A DNA stretch of 64,000 nt from Patescibacteria group bacterium (GTDB lineage Bacteria; Patescibacteriota; Microgenomatia; UBA1400; Chisholmbacteraceae). Below, in pieces: positions 15,836 through 25,367 of this stretch; within the stretch, counting starts at the first letter, position 1; each line of letters starts with the position of its first letter. Below the pieces are notes generated by a model. That model ran no database searches, was not told the DNA's origin, and saw only the letters and a list, made by a program, of their open reading frames with translations. Made by a program: the position numbers and the translations under genes. Where the stretch lies: contig JADFLW010000005.1 in the NCBI GenBank assembly GCA_022564195.1, positions 6,808 to 70,807 of the forward strand. The letters are read 5' to 3'.

Positions 15836-18241
15836 ATGGCAAAGAAACGCCGCACAAAATCAAAAAAGAAAACAGCCAAAAGCAGCCGCGCTCGACGCGA
15901 TCTTTCTCACTCTCGTCGTGACGCAAAAGGACGTTTCGCTTCAAAATCCAAAAGACAAAAAAACATCCTTCAATTACAGAGCTTCCTAAAAGAATACTGG
16001 TATGTGTTCGCGTCACTCGCCCTCATCGGCAGCGTAAGCTACGTCTTAATTTTCAACGATCTTCCTTCACCCCGCAAACTCCGACAGGACGACGCCTTCT
16101 CTGCCTCCACCAGAATCTTCGATCGCAATGGAAATCTTCTATTTGAAATTTTTGCCGAACGCAACCGCACTCCTGTCTCGTTGAACGAACTCCCGGACTA
16201 CGTGAGCCGTAGCCACATCGCAATTGAGGACAAAAATTTCTTCCAGCACCACGGGTTCGCCACAGAGGGATTGTTAAGAGCAACGTTCAACACGCTCTTT
16301 CGCAGGAAACTGCAAGGCGGGTCAACGATCACCCAACAACTGATAAAAACCGCCCTCCTGACACCGGAGCGCACAATTAGAAGAAAAATCCGCGAGGCAA
16401 TCCTAGCCCTTCTGACAGAACTCATCTACTCCAAAGACCAAATCCTGGAAATGTACTTAAATCACGTCCCGTATGGTGGGACGGCATGGGGAATAGAAGC
16501 CGCAGCCCAAACCTACTTCGAAAAACCTGCCAGCAAACTAACACTGGCTGAAGCGGCGATGCTTGCCGGCCTCCCAGCCGCACCAACGCGTTACTCCCCA
16601 TTTGGCGTCAACCCGGATCTGGCAAAACGACGACAGACACTCGTCCTCTCTCGAATGGTCGAAGACGGCTACATCAGCAAAGAGGAGGCAAGAAACGCCG
16701 AACAAGAAAAACTTCAATTCACAACCCCCACAGTTGACATCAAAGCCCCACACTTTGTGCTGTGGGTCAAAGAACTGCTTGTTGAAAAATACGGAGAACA
16801 TCTCGTCGAACGCGGGGGGCTGAAGGTCACGACAACCCTGGACCTTGAGCTCCAAGAGTACGCCCATGCATCAGTGGCTGCAGAAATTAAAGAGTTAGAA
16901 GGAATGAGAGTCGGGAATGGCGCGGCACTGATCACAAAGCCTAAAACGGGAGAGATCCTGGCAATGGTAGGATCGAAAGACTTCTTCGATTTTGAAATTG
17001 ACGGGCAAGTCAATGTCACCCTTCGCCCACGCCAACCGGGAAGCGCCATCAAACCAATAAACTATGCAACGGCGTTTGAGACCGGCCGCTTAACCCCCGC
17101 TTCTTTGCTTCTGGACATTCCAAGCTGCTTCTTCGTCCCTGGACAGCCATTGTACTGCCCGAGAAATTACGACTACGCCTTTCATGGTCCAGTGCAAGCC
17201 CGCTTCGCCCTAGGAAATTCATACAACATCCCAGCTGTCAAGGTTCTTGCAGTCAACTCCGTAGAAAGTATGATCGCTACAGCCAGCGCCATGGGAATCA
17301 CAGGCTGGAAGAATCCCGATCAATACGGACTCTCTTTAACGCTAGGGGGTGGGGAGGTTCGTATGACAGACATGGCAGTGGCATTTGGCGTGTTTGCAAA
17401 TCAGGGAGTGACAGTCCCGCTCCAACCGATATTAAAAGTGGAAGATCAGCAAAGAAACATTTTAGAGGAGTACAAACCGCACCAGATAGAGGAACGAGTT
17501 GCAAACCTGAATAAAGAAAATACGCTGACACAAAAAGAACAAGAAGACGAGACAGGGCCAAAAAGAGCGCTCTCCCGAGAAACTGCCTACCTCATCTCCC
17601 ATATACTATTAGATAACAATGCACGCACGGCAGCGTTCGGAGCATCGTCTCAGCTTGTGATTCCCGGAAAAGTCGTATCGGTAAAAACCGGAACCAGCAA
17701 TGATCTTCGAGACAACTGGACCATCGGTTTCACGCCCCATGTCTTAGTCTCAACTTGGGTGGGAAATAACGATAACACGCCAATGCACCCCTACCTCGTA
17801 TCCGGCATCACAGGTGCTGCACCAATCTGGCACGAACTCATGGAAAAAGCACTCGAGAACCAAGAACCCGAATGGCCAGAAAAACCAGATGGTATCATCG
17901 GCATGAATGTCTGCACGCTGACAGGTCTCCTTCCCAACCCAGAAAACCCGTGCACCACCAGACATGAATTTTTTATCAAAGGGCTTGCGCCCAAGGGAGT
18001 CGACCAAAGCCGCCGTGGAATCTGGATTAAAAAAGACACGAATCTGCCGCCCGAAGAAGGAGATTTTGAGAACCTAGAACTCAGGGAACATCTCGTAGTC
18101 TCCGACCCCTTCGTCAAAGACTTCTGCCTGGACTGTCCATGGCCACAAGAAATCGACGAAAACGGTCAGCCAACCGGAAAGATCCGCTACCCACAAATAA
18201 CAATCAATCCTGCCTCGACATCGATAGAGGGCGTATTTTAG
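15836..18241 (+). CDS. class A penicillin-binding protein (PBP1A-type transglycosylase/transpeptidase), paralog 1
   Basis: GT51 motifs IAIEDKNFFQHHGF and GGSTITQQLIK. Transpeptidase motifs QPGSAIKP (SxxK), SYN and KTGTS. N-terminal TM helix. Confidence 0.9.
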   Translation: MAKKRRTKSKKKTAKSSRARRDLSHSRRDAKGRFASKSKRQKNILQLQSFLKEYWYVFASLALIGSVSYVLIFNDLPSPRKLRQDDAFSASTRIFDRNGNLLFEIFAERNRTPVSLNELPDYVSRSHIAIEDKNFFQHHGFATEGLLRATFNTLFRRKLQGGSTITQQLIKTALLTPERTIRRKIREAILALLTELIYSKDQILEMYLNHVPYGGTAWGIEAAAQTYFEKPASKLTLAEAAMLAGLPAAPTRYSPFGVNPDLAKRRQTLVLSRMVEDGYISKEEARNAEQEKLQFTTPTVDIKAPHFVLWVKELLVEKYGEHLVERGGLKVTTTLDLELQEYAHASVAAEIKELEGMRVGNGAALITKPKTGEILAMVGSKDFFDFEIDGQVNVTLRPRQPGSAIKPINYATAFETGRLTPASLLLDIPSCFFVPGQPLYCPRNYDYAFHGPVQARFALGNSYNIPAVKVLAVNSVESMIATASAMGITGWKNPDQYGLSLTLGGGEVRMTDMAVAFGVFANQGVTVPLQPILKVEDQQRNILEEYKPHQIEERVANLNKENTLTQKEQEDETGPKRALSRETAYLISHILLDNNARTAAFGASSQLVIPGKVVSVKTGTSNDLRDNWTIGFTPHVLVSTWVGNNDNTPMHPYLVSGITGAAPIWHELMEKALENQEPEWPEKPDGIIGMNVCTLTGLLPNPENPCTTRHEFFIKGLAPKGVDQSRRGIWIKKDTNLPPEEGDFENLELREHLVVSDPFVKDFCLDCPWPQEIDENGQPTGKIRYPQITINPASTSIEGVF

Positions 18242-18283
18242 CTTGGTAATGAGAACATAATGCTATAGTATGAATAACAACCT

Positions 18284-18598
18284 ATGCGCAAGGGCCATCT
18301 CCCCCGCCTCCCCGCTGCCATATTGCTCTTTGGCCAAAAAGCCCTATCAACACAACGCTGCATCGATTTTACGAATGAGCTAGAAAATAGCCTTACGCTT
18401 TTCGAATTAAGCTTCCTAGCAAAGTACTTCTCCCAAATCGTTGCAGTAACTGCTGCCCTGCTTAGCTATCTCCTCTTTACCAAGGCGTATGCAAAACCAA
18501 AACGCTTCCTCGCACTGACGACTCCCCCCGTGGCGTACATCGTAACCCTAAGGCTCTTCGACTACCTGATTAAAGACGTCTTCAGCTACTGCTTCTGA
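18284..18598 (+). CDS. hypothetical small protein (weak)
   Basis: 104-aa ORF with one hydrophobic segment and no family match. It could be non-coding. Confidence 0.2.
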   Translation: MRKGHLPRLPAAILLFGQKALSTQRCIDFTNELENSLTLFELSFLAKYFSQIVAVTAALLSYLLFTKAYAKPKRFLALTTPPVAYIVTLRLFDYLIKDVFSYCF

Positions 18599-18704
18599 AT
18601 TGAAGCTCGCATCCTGCCTAGTGGGACGGATTCTTCTCATCGAGGTTTTCCGCAGCGGGAATGAGCAAACAGGACCGCTCAAGCCCTTCTGCTACAATAA
18701 CGTT

Positions 18705-19979
18705 ATGCCTGCCGAAAACCTGAAAGAGGCAATCGCTCCAGAATCTCCTCAAGAAACTCTTCCATTAGACAATCAGAAGAGCCTACGACAACGAGGGCCC
18801 TTCCTTGTCTTCCCACTGCTGATGACAATTGCAATCATTGCGGTGCTCTATACAAACACAATCTCCACAAACCTTGAATTCATCACTCCTCTGCCTGACG
18901 ATTCTCAAGTCCTCTCCGCTCAAACACCCAGCCCGTCCGAGCCGAAGGAAATCATAGGGTTCCTTCCATTCTGGAATATCAATGAAGAAGAACGTCAACG
19001 CTACCACCTCCTGACCCAAGTCGCCTTTTTCGCACTTGAAATTGATGCCGAAGGAAACATCAAGAAGATAAAGGACGATAACACCGAAGAACCGGGGTGG
19101 ACTACCTACAAAAGCCAAGCTTTCGGGACCATGTACCGCAAAGCCAAAGATTCAGGAGCAAAAGTCGTCTTGACGATTCAGGCATTGGGTCCCGAGGTGA
19201 TCACAAGCGTGTTGAACGATCCCCAAAAAAGGAAAAGAGCAATCCATCAAACACTCGAAATTATTGCGGTCAAAAACCTTGACGGCGTGAACGTCGACTT
19301 TGAGCTTAGCGGCTCACCAGCATACAGAACAAGAAAAAACTTCACGCAATTCATACAAGAGCTAAGAACAGCGCTCACAGCCCAAAACCCCCACCTCACA
19401 TTGAGTGTCGATGTATTTGCGGATGCGGCGGCGAAGGTGCGTTTATGGGAGATTCCGAAAATTGCCAAATTCGCAGATCACATCATCATCATGGCCTACG
19501 ACTTCCATCGCATGTCTTCACAAGTCGCAGGTCCCATCGCCCCAATCCGCGGTGCTCCGAAGCACTGGGAGTACGACATATCAAAGACCCTAACCGATTT
19601 CAGCAAATCCATGCCCTTAGAAAAAATTATTCTCGGCGTACCGTACTATGGCTACGAATGGCAAACCAGCTCAGAGGCAGCCTATGCATCCACGTATCCA
19701 AGATCAGGATCATTAGCAACATATAAACGCGTCCAATCACTCATTGCCCAAAAGCAGACCAAGCTCCACTGGGACGAAGTGGCTCTATCACCAAGGCTGA
19801 CGTACGTTGAAAATGGGAAGACCTACCAAATCTACTATGAAAACGAAACTTCTCTTGGCCTGAAATACGATTTAGTGAACGAAGCCGGTCTAGCTGGAAT
19901 AGCAATCTGGGCACTGGGATATGATGGCGAACATCCGAACCTTTGGAATCTCCTGTCTGAAAAGTTCCCAAAAAATTAA
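18705..19979 (+). CDS. membrane-anchored glycoside hydrolase family 18 (chitinase-like) protein
   Basis: GH18 catalytic motif LDGVNVDFE (DxxDxDxE) and IIMAYDFH. TM helix FLVFPLLMTIAIIAVLY. Start set at ATG MPAENLK. The upstream ORF-track start is a TTG. Confidence 0.75.
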   Translation: MPAENLKEAIAPESPQETLPLDNQKSLRQRGPFLVFPLLMTIAIIAVLYTNTISTNLEFITPLPDDSQVLSAQTPSPSEPKEIIGFLPFWNINEEERQRYHLLTQVAFFALEIDAEGNIKKIKDDNTEEPGWTTYKSQAFGTMYRKAKDSGAKVVLTIQALGPEVITSVLNDPQKRKRAIHQTLEIIAVKNLDGVNVDFELSGSPAYRTRKNFTQFIQELRTALTAQNPHLTLSVDVFADAAAKVRLWEIPKIAKFADHIIIMAYDFHRMSSQVAGPIAPIRGAPKHWEYDISKTLTDFSKSMPLEKIILGVPYYGYEWQTSSEAAYASTYPRSGSLATYKRVQSLIAQKQTKLHWDEVALSPRLTYVENGKTYQIYYENETSLGLKYDLVNEAGLAGIAIWALGYDGEHPNLWNLLSEKFPKN

Positions 19980-20017
19980 AAACACCTCCTCTTTAAGCGA
20001 AAAGCCCTCTCTCCCTA

Positions 20018-20044
20018 TGATCACCGAGCCCTCTGCATTATAAT
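20018..20044 (+). promoter_or_regulatory. putative promoter (TGATCA-15nt-TATAAT) 8 nt upstream of the PBP paralog 2 ATG
   Basis: TATAAT at 20039-20044 and ATG at 20053, so the transcript is leaderless or near-leaderless. Confidence 0.3.
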
Positions 20045-20052
20045 ATGCGCAA

Positions 20053-22539
20053 ATGGCGGGAAATCAATCGGGCTCAAGCCCGCTCCTAAAGCTTAAGAAA
20101 CTCCTCATCATACTAGGTCAGCCACTACTTCATCTCATATTTTTATTCCTCTACGCAGTTGCCGTCACTAGTGCAGTTGCGCTTCGCTCAACAGTTCAAT
20201 CAATTAAATTCATCTTGTTTGGCTTCTCTCAAGCAAACACGAAAACCCAAATACTTTTATCTCTCATTCGCCATTGGCTAAAACGCAAAGCAGGAAAGCT
20301 CACCATCACGCTTCAAGCACCAGCAAGACAAGCGCTCTTTCTTCTAAAACCGAAAATCCGACGAAAACCACTTCCCAAAAAAACGGCCATCCTCCTAACG
20401 ACACTTGCAGCAGCAACTGCAGTGGTATCGGTCGCAGTTTCTCTCCTTGTCAAAGACCTTCCCAACCCTAACAGGCTAATCACTCGCGACCAAATCGTTT
20501 CTACAAAAATCTACGATCGTAATGGGCGCTTGCTGTTTAAAATCTTCAAAAATGAAAACCGCACACTCGTCGATTTGGAAAACATCCCACCACACTTCAT
20601 TGAAGCAACAATCGCAATTGAAGATAAAAATTTCTACAGACACGCAGGCTATTCGTACAGGGGGATACTCCGGGCACTACGCACGACGCTGCTTCGGGGC
20701 CGCACCGAAGGCGGCTCAACCATAACCCAACAACTCGTCAAGAATGCCCTACTCACAAGAGAAAAAACCCTAAAAAGAAAAATGAAAGAAATCCTTCTAG
20801 CAATCCTGGTAGAAACACGGTTCAGCAAAGATGAGATTCTTTCGATGTATTTCAACGAAGTAGCGTATGGCGGAGCAGCGTATGGAACCGAAGAAGCGGC
20901 ACAAATGTACTTTGGTAAACCAGCTGCCCAGCTTAGTCTAGCAGAAGCTGCCCTCATTGCTGGGTTGCCGGCAGCTCCAACCCGCTATTCTCCGTTCGGA
21001 ACGCATCCAGAGCTCGCAAAATTCCGGCAACACGAGGTGCTGCGAAGAATGGTGGAAGACGGATACCTCACGGCTGAACAAGCCGAGCAAACAAAAGCGG
21101 AAAAGTTAACATTCGCTCCCCAAAAAACAGCCATCAAAGCTCCTCATTTCGTAATGTATGTGAAAGAACTGCTCGTTGAAAAATTCGGCGAGCAACTCGT
21201 AGAACAAGGCGGGCTGGAGGTGACAACCTCCCTGGATCTCAACATCCAGAACTTTGCACAGAAAGCCGTCACCGAAGAAGTCGACCGTCTTACCGACATC
21301 AACATAACCAACGGGGCAAGCCTCGTTACCATCCCCGCCACGGGAGAGATTCTGGCGATGGTCGGCTCACGCAACTTCTTCGATTTTGAAAGAGACGGAC
21401 AGGTCAATGTCACGCTCCGTCCACGACAGCCCGGCAGCGCCATCAAACCGGTAAACTACACGGTGGCTTTAGAGAATGGTTTCACTGCAAGCACAATACT
21501 CTCTGATACACCCATCACCTACCGAGTTCCGGGTCAACCTCCCTACTCTCCCCGAAACTACGATGGCACCTTTCATGGAAAACTCACATTGCGTGACGCC
21601 CTCGCAAACTCCTATAACGTCCCCGCCGTCAAAACCCTCTCCGTCTTTGGGGTTGACAAGATGATTGAAAAGGGACAGCTAATGGGAATCTCCACCTGGA
21701 ATGACAGATCCAGGTACGGGCTATCCCTAACGCTAGGGGGTGGAGAGGTAATAATGACAGACCTTGCCTTGGTCTATGGAGTACTTGCCAACCGCGGAGC
21801 CAGAGTGGATCTTCATCCAATCCTTCAAGTGAGTGATTATCGCGGAAGGCTGCTCTACAGATACACCTGTCCGCCAGATGGAAGGCCCGTGAAACCCATG
21901 ATCGCTCAAGCGGCTGCAGAAGAAGAGGCTAGCTGCAACAAAAGGCAAGTGACAAGTCCTGAGGTAACATTCATCCTTACCAACATCCTCTCAGACAACA
22001 ACGCACGCGCCCCTGCCTTCGGCAGACACTCGGTGCTGAACATCCCACCTCATGAAGTAGCAGTCAAAACCGGAACCACACAGAACCTACGAGACAACTG
22101 GACTATTGGATTTACCAAGAACGTACTCGTAGCCACCTGGGTTGGCAACAACGATAATACCCCCATGAGCTATGTTGCCTCAGGAATCACTGGGGCATCG
22201 CCAATCTTCAACACCATAATGAGCGGCCTCCTTGCCAACAAGCCGCCACACCGCTTCGAGCCCCTTGAAACGATAATGCGAGTAGCGATTTGTCCCACGA
22301 CCGGCACGCTCCCTTGCGAATCCTGTCCCGGACGATTCGAGTACTTCGTGCCCGGGACAGAACCAACCAAAGCCTGCATCCCAAAAAGGGCAGGGACAGA
22401 AGAAAACCGTAAAGATTCCACGCCAGAAGCACGGAAAAGGCAAGAAAGAAGAGTGGTTCGACACGAAAGCTTCGATACGATCGTAAATGAAATTCTGTTT
22501 ACTCGCCAAGAGGCATTATCGAGTGAAGATCCACGTTGA
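20053..22539 (+). CDS. class A penicillin-binding protein, paralog 2
   Basis: ATIAIEDKNFYRHAGYS, GGSTITQQLVK, QPGSAIKPVNY, SYN, KTGTT. N-terminal TM helix. Acidic/basic C-terminal tail. Confidence 0.9.
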   Translation: MAGNQSGSSPLLKLKKLLIILGQPLLHLIFLFLYAVAVTSAVALRSTVQSIKFILFGFSQANTKTQILLSLIRHWLKRKAGKLTITLQAPARQALFLLKPKIRRKPLPKKTAILLTTLAAATAVVSVAVSLLVKDLPNPNRLITRDQIVSTKIYDRNGRLLFKIFKNENRTLVDLENIPPHFIEATIAIEDKNFYRHAGYSYRGILRALRTTLLRGRTEGGSTITQQLVKNALLTREKTLKRKMKEILLAILVETRFSKDEILSMYFNEVAYGGAAYGTEEAAQMYFGKPAAQLSLAEAALIAGLPAAPTRYSPFGTHPELAKFRQHEVLRRMVEDGYLTAEQAEQTKAEKLTFAPQKTAIKAPHFVMYVKELLVEKFGEQLVEQGGLEVTTSLDLNIQNFAQKAVTEEVDRLTDINITNGASLVTIPATGEILAMVGSRNFFDFERDGQVNVTLRPRQPGSAIKPVNYTVALENGFTASTILSDTPITYRVPGQPPYSPRNYDGTFHGKLTLRDALANSYNVPAVKTLSVFGVDKMIEKGQLMGISTWNDRSRYGLSLTLGGGEVIMTDLALVYGVLANRGARVDLHPILQVSDYRGRLLYRYTCPPDGRPVKPMIAQAAAEEEASCNKRQVTSPEVTFILTNILSDNNARAPAFGRHSVLNIPPHEVAVKTGTTQNLRDNWTIGFTKNVLVATWVGNNDNTPMSYVASGITGASPIFNTIMSGLLANKPPHRFEPLETIMRVAICPTTGTLPCESCPGRFEYFVPGTEPTKACIPKRAGTEENRKDSTPEARKRQERRVVRHESFDTIVNEILFTRQEALSSEDPR

Positions 22540-22752
22540 GGGACCAAAAAACCAGCGTAGCCAATCAACCATCTGCCTCTGCATCCAGAAGATAAGCGAC
22601 AACCCAACGGTAAGAAGCAGTAAAACGATGATCGCCCGCCTTCCCCCTCCTGAGCCAGATTCCTTCCTCTTCCGCCCCTCACGCTCATCATTCACCTTAC
22701 TCCCGAGAACACCTTTCGGCGGTAAAGCTTCTCTGTCGTGGTATTCAGCCAT
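22516..22752 (-). CDS. hypothetical small membrane protein (weak)
   Basis: MAEYHDREALPPKG...AIIVLLLLTVGLSLIFW has one TM helix. It overlaps the PBP 3' end. No family. Confidence 0.25.
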   Translation of the reverse strand: MAEYHDREALPPKGVLGSKVNDEREGRKRKESGSGGGRRAIIVLLLLTVGLSLIFWMQRQMVDWLRWFFGPSTWIFTR

Positions 22753-22792
22753 AAATACACCGATATTTGTAGACTGGAGGAGCTCACTTGTT

Positions 22793-23494
22793 TCAAGTGA
22801 GCTCGTGAACCCTCTGCAGTATTTTGTCAACAACCGCAGAAACAGTCAAATCAGTGGTATCCAACACCCATGCGTCTTGAACGACATGCAACGGATCCAC
22901 CTTCCTATTGCTGTCTCTCTCGTCCCGCTTCTTCAGATCACCAAGCACCTGTTTGTAGTCAACGTCCTCGCCTCGCTCCAACAATTGTTGATGTCGCCTC
23001 TTGGCCCTCTCCGGCTCTCTTGCAGTGAGAAAGACCTTAAGTTGTGCGTCAGGAAGGACCCTGAACGTCGTATCCCTTCCCTCCATCACGACATTTTTCG
23101 TGCGAGCGATCTCCTGTTGCTTGATAACTAAAGCCTCGCGCACTTCCTTATGCACTGCGACAACCGAAGACCCCTTACTCACTTCTTCACTCAGTATCTC
23201 CCACGACACATCCTTCCCATTAAGTAGCAGTGTCGTCGGTCGCCTGTCCACTTCCCTTCCGACTGGATTGCTCATCCCAATCTGAGCTTCTGATACCAAT
23301 CTCGCCACGGCCTTGGCATCGCTCAAAGGAACCCCAGCATTCATTGCCGCAAGCGCCGCGGCTCGATACATTGCTCCGGTGTACACGTATAGCCAACCCA
23401 GTCGCTCCGCAACCAATCTCGCCACGGTCGACTTCCCAGAACCCACTGGTCCATCAATGGCAATCTGAAAATAGCGCTTCATTGCGTGTCCCAT
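22793..23494 (-). CDS. cmk: cytidylate kinase
   Basis: IAIDGPVGSGKSTVARLVAERLGWLYVYTGAMYR is the canonical Cmk P-loop and substrate-binding N-terminus. Confidence 0.85.
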   Translation of the reverse strand: MGHAMKRYFQIAIDGPVGSGKSTVARLVAERLGWLYVYTGAMYRAAALAAMNAGVPLSDAKAVARLVSEAQIGMSNPVGREVDRRPTTLLLNGKDVSWEILSEEVSKGSSVVAVHKEVREALVIKQQEIARTKNVVMEGRDTTFRVLPDAQLKVFLTAREPERAKRRHQQLLERGEDVDYKQVLGDLKKRDERDSNRKVDPLHVVQDAWVLDTTDLTVSAVVDKILQRVHELT

Positions 23495-23692
23495 TCTTCC
23501 TCAAAAAGAGGAAAGTAGCATTCGCTAAACAAGAAAGATTGTAGGCGGTACGAACTCCTACCGCAAGGATACCCCTATGGGGGTAAGACGCCACAAGACA
23601 CGCTGACATTCTAATTGAAATAAAAAAAACACCACATGCCATAAAACGGGAAGTGGAAAGCAAGATCGAGGACAAAACAGCAAGAGATGGAC

Positions 23693-23875
23693 CTACTTCT
23701 TCCCTTGGACTCCAAACCCTGACAACTTAAAAAGTCCCAGAAGAATGAAAATAATCGGCCAAAAACGCCATGTATCAGGCGGCAATATACCAAGGTTGAC
23801 GAAAAGAATCAGCGTTCCCACGAGGATGAGAAAAACTGGCCAAAAGACTCCGCCTTCATCCATGCTTCCAATCAT
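23693..23875 (-). CDS. small two-TM membrane protein
   Basis: 60 aa with a repeated FWP(V/I)(F/I)(L/F)IL(V/L)G pattern. Confidence 0.4.
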   Translation of the reverse strand: MIGSMDEGGVFWPVFLILVGTLILFVNLGILPPDTWRFWPIIFILLGLFKLSGFGVQGKK

Positions 23876-23905
23876 GAACGTTCACCTCCTTTCAGTGAGC
23901 AGAAC

Positions 23906-24256
23906 TCATGTTGAGCGCTTCCATATCCGCTCATGACGATCGATTTCTTGAGTTAAAAAGTAAGAAAGCACGGTACGAATGAGCACAATCACCCCTAAGT
24001 TCATGAGTTCTTCAAGGGCCGGATTCAGAATGGACTGAATCAAATCAGCGGCAATTAAAAATTCAACAGCAAGAACAATCCGTTGACCAAATTCTACACG
24101 TATGCGCTCAAACTTAACTCGATCTCCTTGTCCCTGAAGATGATGCCACTCCGAAACCATAAGACGCAACACGACCACAATTCCACCCCACACCATCAAA
24201 GCCACGGCTATAACCTCAAAAAAACCCTGAAAACGAACGGAAAGCCCTACAAACAT
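23906..24256 (-). CDS. DUF1622-family membrane protein
   Basis: VEFLIAADLIQSI core and two TM helices. Confidence 0.55.
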   Translation of the reverse strand: MFVGLSVRFQGFFEVIAVALMVWGGIVVVLRLMVSEWHHLQGQGDRVKFERIRVEFGQRIVLAVEFLIAADLIQSILNPALEELMNLGVIVLIRTVLSYFLTQEIDRHERIWKRST

Positions 24257-24693
24257 CGCAGTTTGAAGCTCCGAGGGCTCTTAGCCCTCGGATTCTCCCT
24301 ATCGGTAGCTCCAGGTAAACTCTTCTTCTCTAGCTTCAATCCCGCTCGGTTGCTGCTATCCCTCAGCGGGTTAACAACCCACGGTTTCCCGCAGCGGGAA
24401 TGAAACGACACCTTAAGCGTAGCAAAGCGACAAGAGTCCGTCAATAGACCAGAAGAGTGAAGGCCCCACTAAAAATTTTGTGCTTCGAATTTGATTGCGA
24501 AGCATACCCCAAGCCTCGCCCCGCCGGTATAGCCTTTGGCGACGCAAGGCCGCGCTTGGGGAACCGCTGAGCAATGGGGGTTCCAAGGGGGACTCCCCCT
24601 GGCTCCAACGTTACGTCGGAGGGGGTGTCAAGGAGCAGAGCGACCGCCAAGGGGTTCCACCCCTTAAACGAACGAGCAGTGCGAGAGAGTTTA
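24257..24693 (-). other. 437-bp hairpin-rich non-coding region (candidate structured RNA or leader)
   Basis: No credible ORF. Perfect stems: CCGAGGG-CTCTTAG-CCCTCGG (24266-24286), TTCCCGC-AGC-GGGAA, TGCTTCG...CGAAGCA, GGGGGACTCCCCC, AAGGGG-TTCCA-CCCCTT. Confidence 0.3.
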
Positions 24694-25326
24694 TTAAAGT
24701 TGATACTTGTATTTGATGTCCGCTCTATTTTGGCAAACATCACACCTCTTGGAATCATGCGCCTGCATCTTCCGTTCAAACAAACCAATGACATCCAACG
24801 CTTCTTTGGGTGTTTTGACAATCCGATACACCCGCTCTTCGGTCCCTCGCATTAAAAAATTTCTCGTCAAAGTGCTCATCACCTCATTCCAAAAGTCGCC
24901 AAAAAGAACAAACGGCTTGTGGTGTCCATAATAGAGTCGAGCCAGGACCCAAGCCGCGCCGAACTCACTGATCGTCCCAGTTCCACCACGAAAAATGACA
25001 TAAACATCCGCAACCTCCAAGAGTTTGAACATCCGCTCAACATAATTACCGGTAACGATTTCCCGATCAACGATATTCTGGACATAGCGCCCTTCGAACC
25101 CTGGCGCATCCTTTGGATAAAAGGTTACCGCCAAAGTATTCCCGCCAACGGATTCTGCACCACGAGTTGAAGCTTCCATCACACCAGGCCCCCCACCATT
25201 GACTATGGTAAAGCCCTGTTGAGCAAAAAGTTTGGCGGTATTGTATGCTTGTTTGTAAAGCACACTCTCAGGCTCAGCGTCTGCATAGCCGAAAAACGCC
25301 ACTTTTTGAATAAATCGCCTCTTCAT
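24694..25326 (-). CDS. LOG-family protein (cytokinin riboside 5'-monophosphate phosphoribohydrolase-like, TIGR00730)
   Basis: Motifs VNGGGPGVMEA and FRGGTGTISEF. Start MKRRF has SD GGGAGG 7 nt upstream. Confidence 0.8.
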   Translation of the reverse strand: MKRRFIQKVAFFGYADAEPESVLYKQAYNTAKLFAQQGFTIVNGGGPGVMEASTRGAESVGGNTLAVTFYPKDAPGFEGRYVQNIVDREIVTGNYVERMFKLLEVADVYVIFRGGTGTISEFGAAWVLARLYYGHHKPFVLFGDFWNEVMSTLTRNFLMRGTEERVYRIVKTPKEALDVIGLFERKMQAHDSKRCDVCQNRADIKYKYQL

Positions 25327-25367
25327 GAAACAACCTCCCAAAGCTTCCGAAAATGATCAATGACCAG

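Noticed and set aside
18644-24406. Palindromic motif GGTTT(C)CCGCAGCGGGAATGA at 18644-18665 and 24383-24406. It resembles a CRISPR repeat ending in GAAAC.
   Set aside because: There are only two copies, 5.7 kb apart, with no spacer array and no cas genes. An exact 15-mer shared twice in 64 kb on both strands is near chance expectation. The second copy is one of many hairpins in the 24.3-kb structured region.
24257-24693. tmRNA, RNase P RNA, SRP RNA or 6S RNA in the hairpin-rich non-coding block.
   Set aside because: There is no GGGG...tag-ORF...T-arm-CCA architecture. There are no P4 sequences (AGGAAAGUCCGG / ACAGAACCCGGCUUA). There is no SRP domain IV GGAAGGAAGCAGC.
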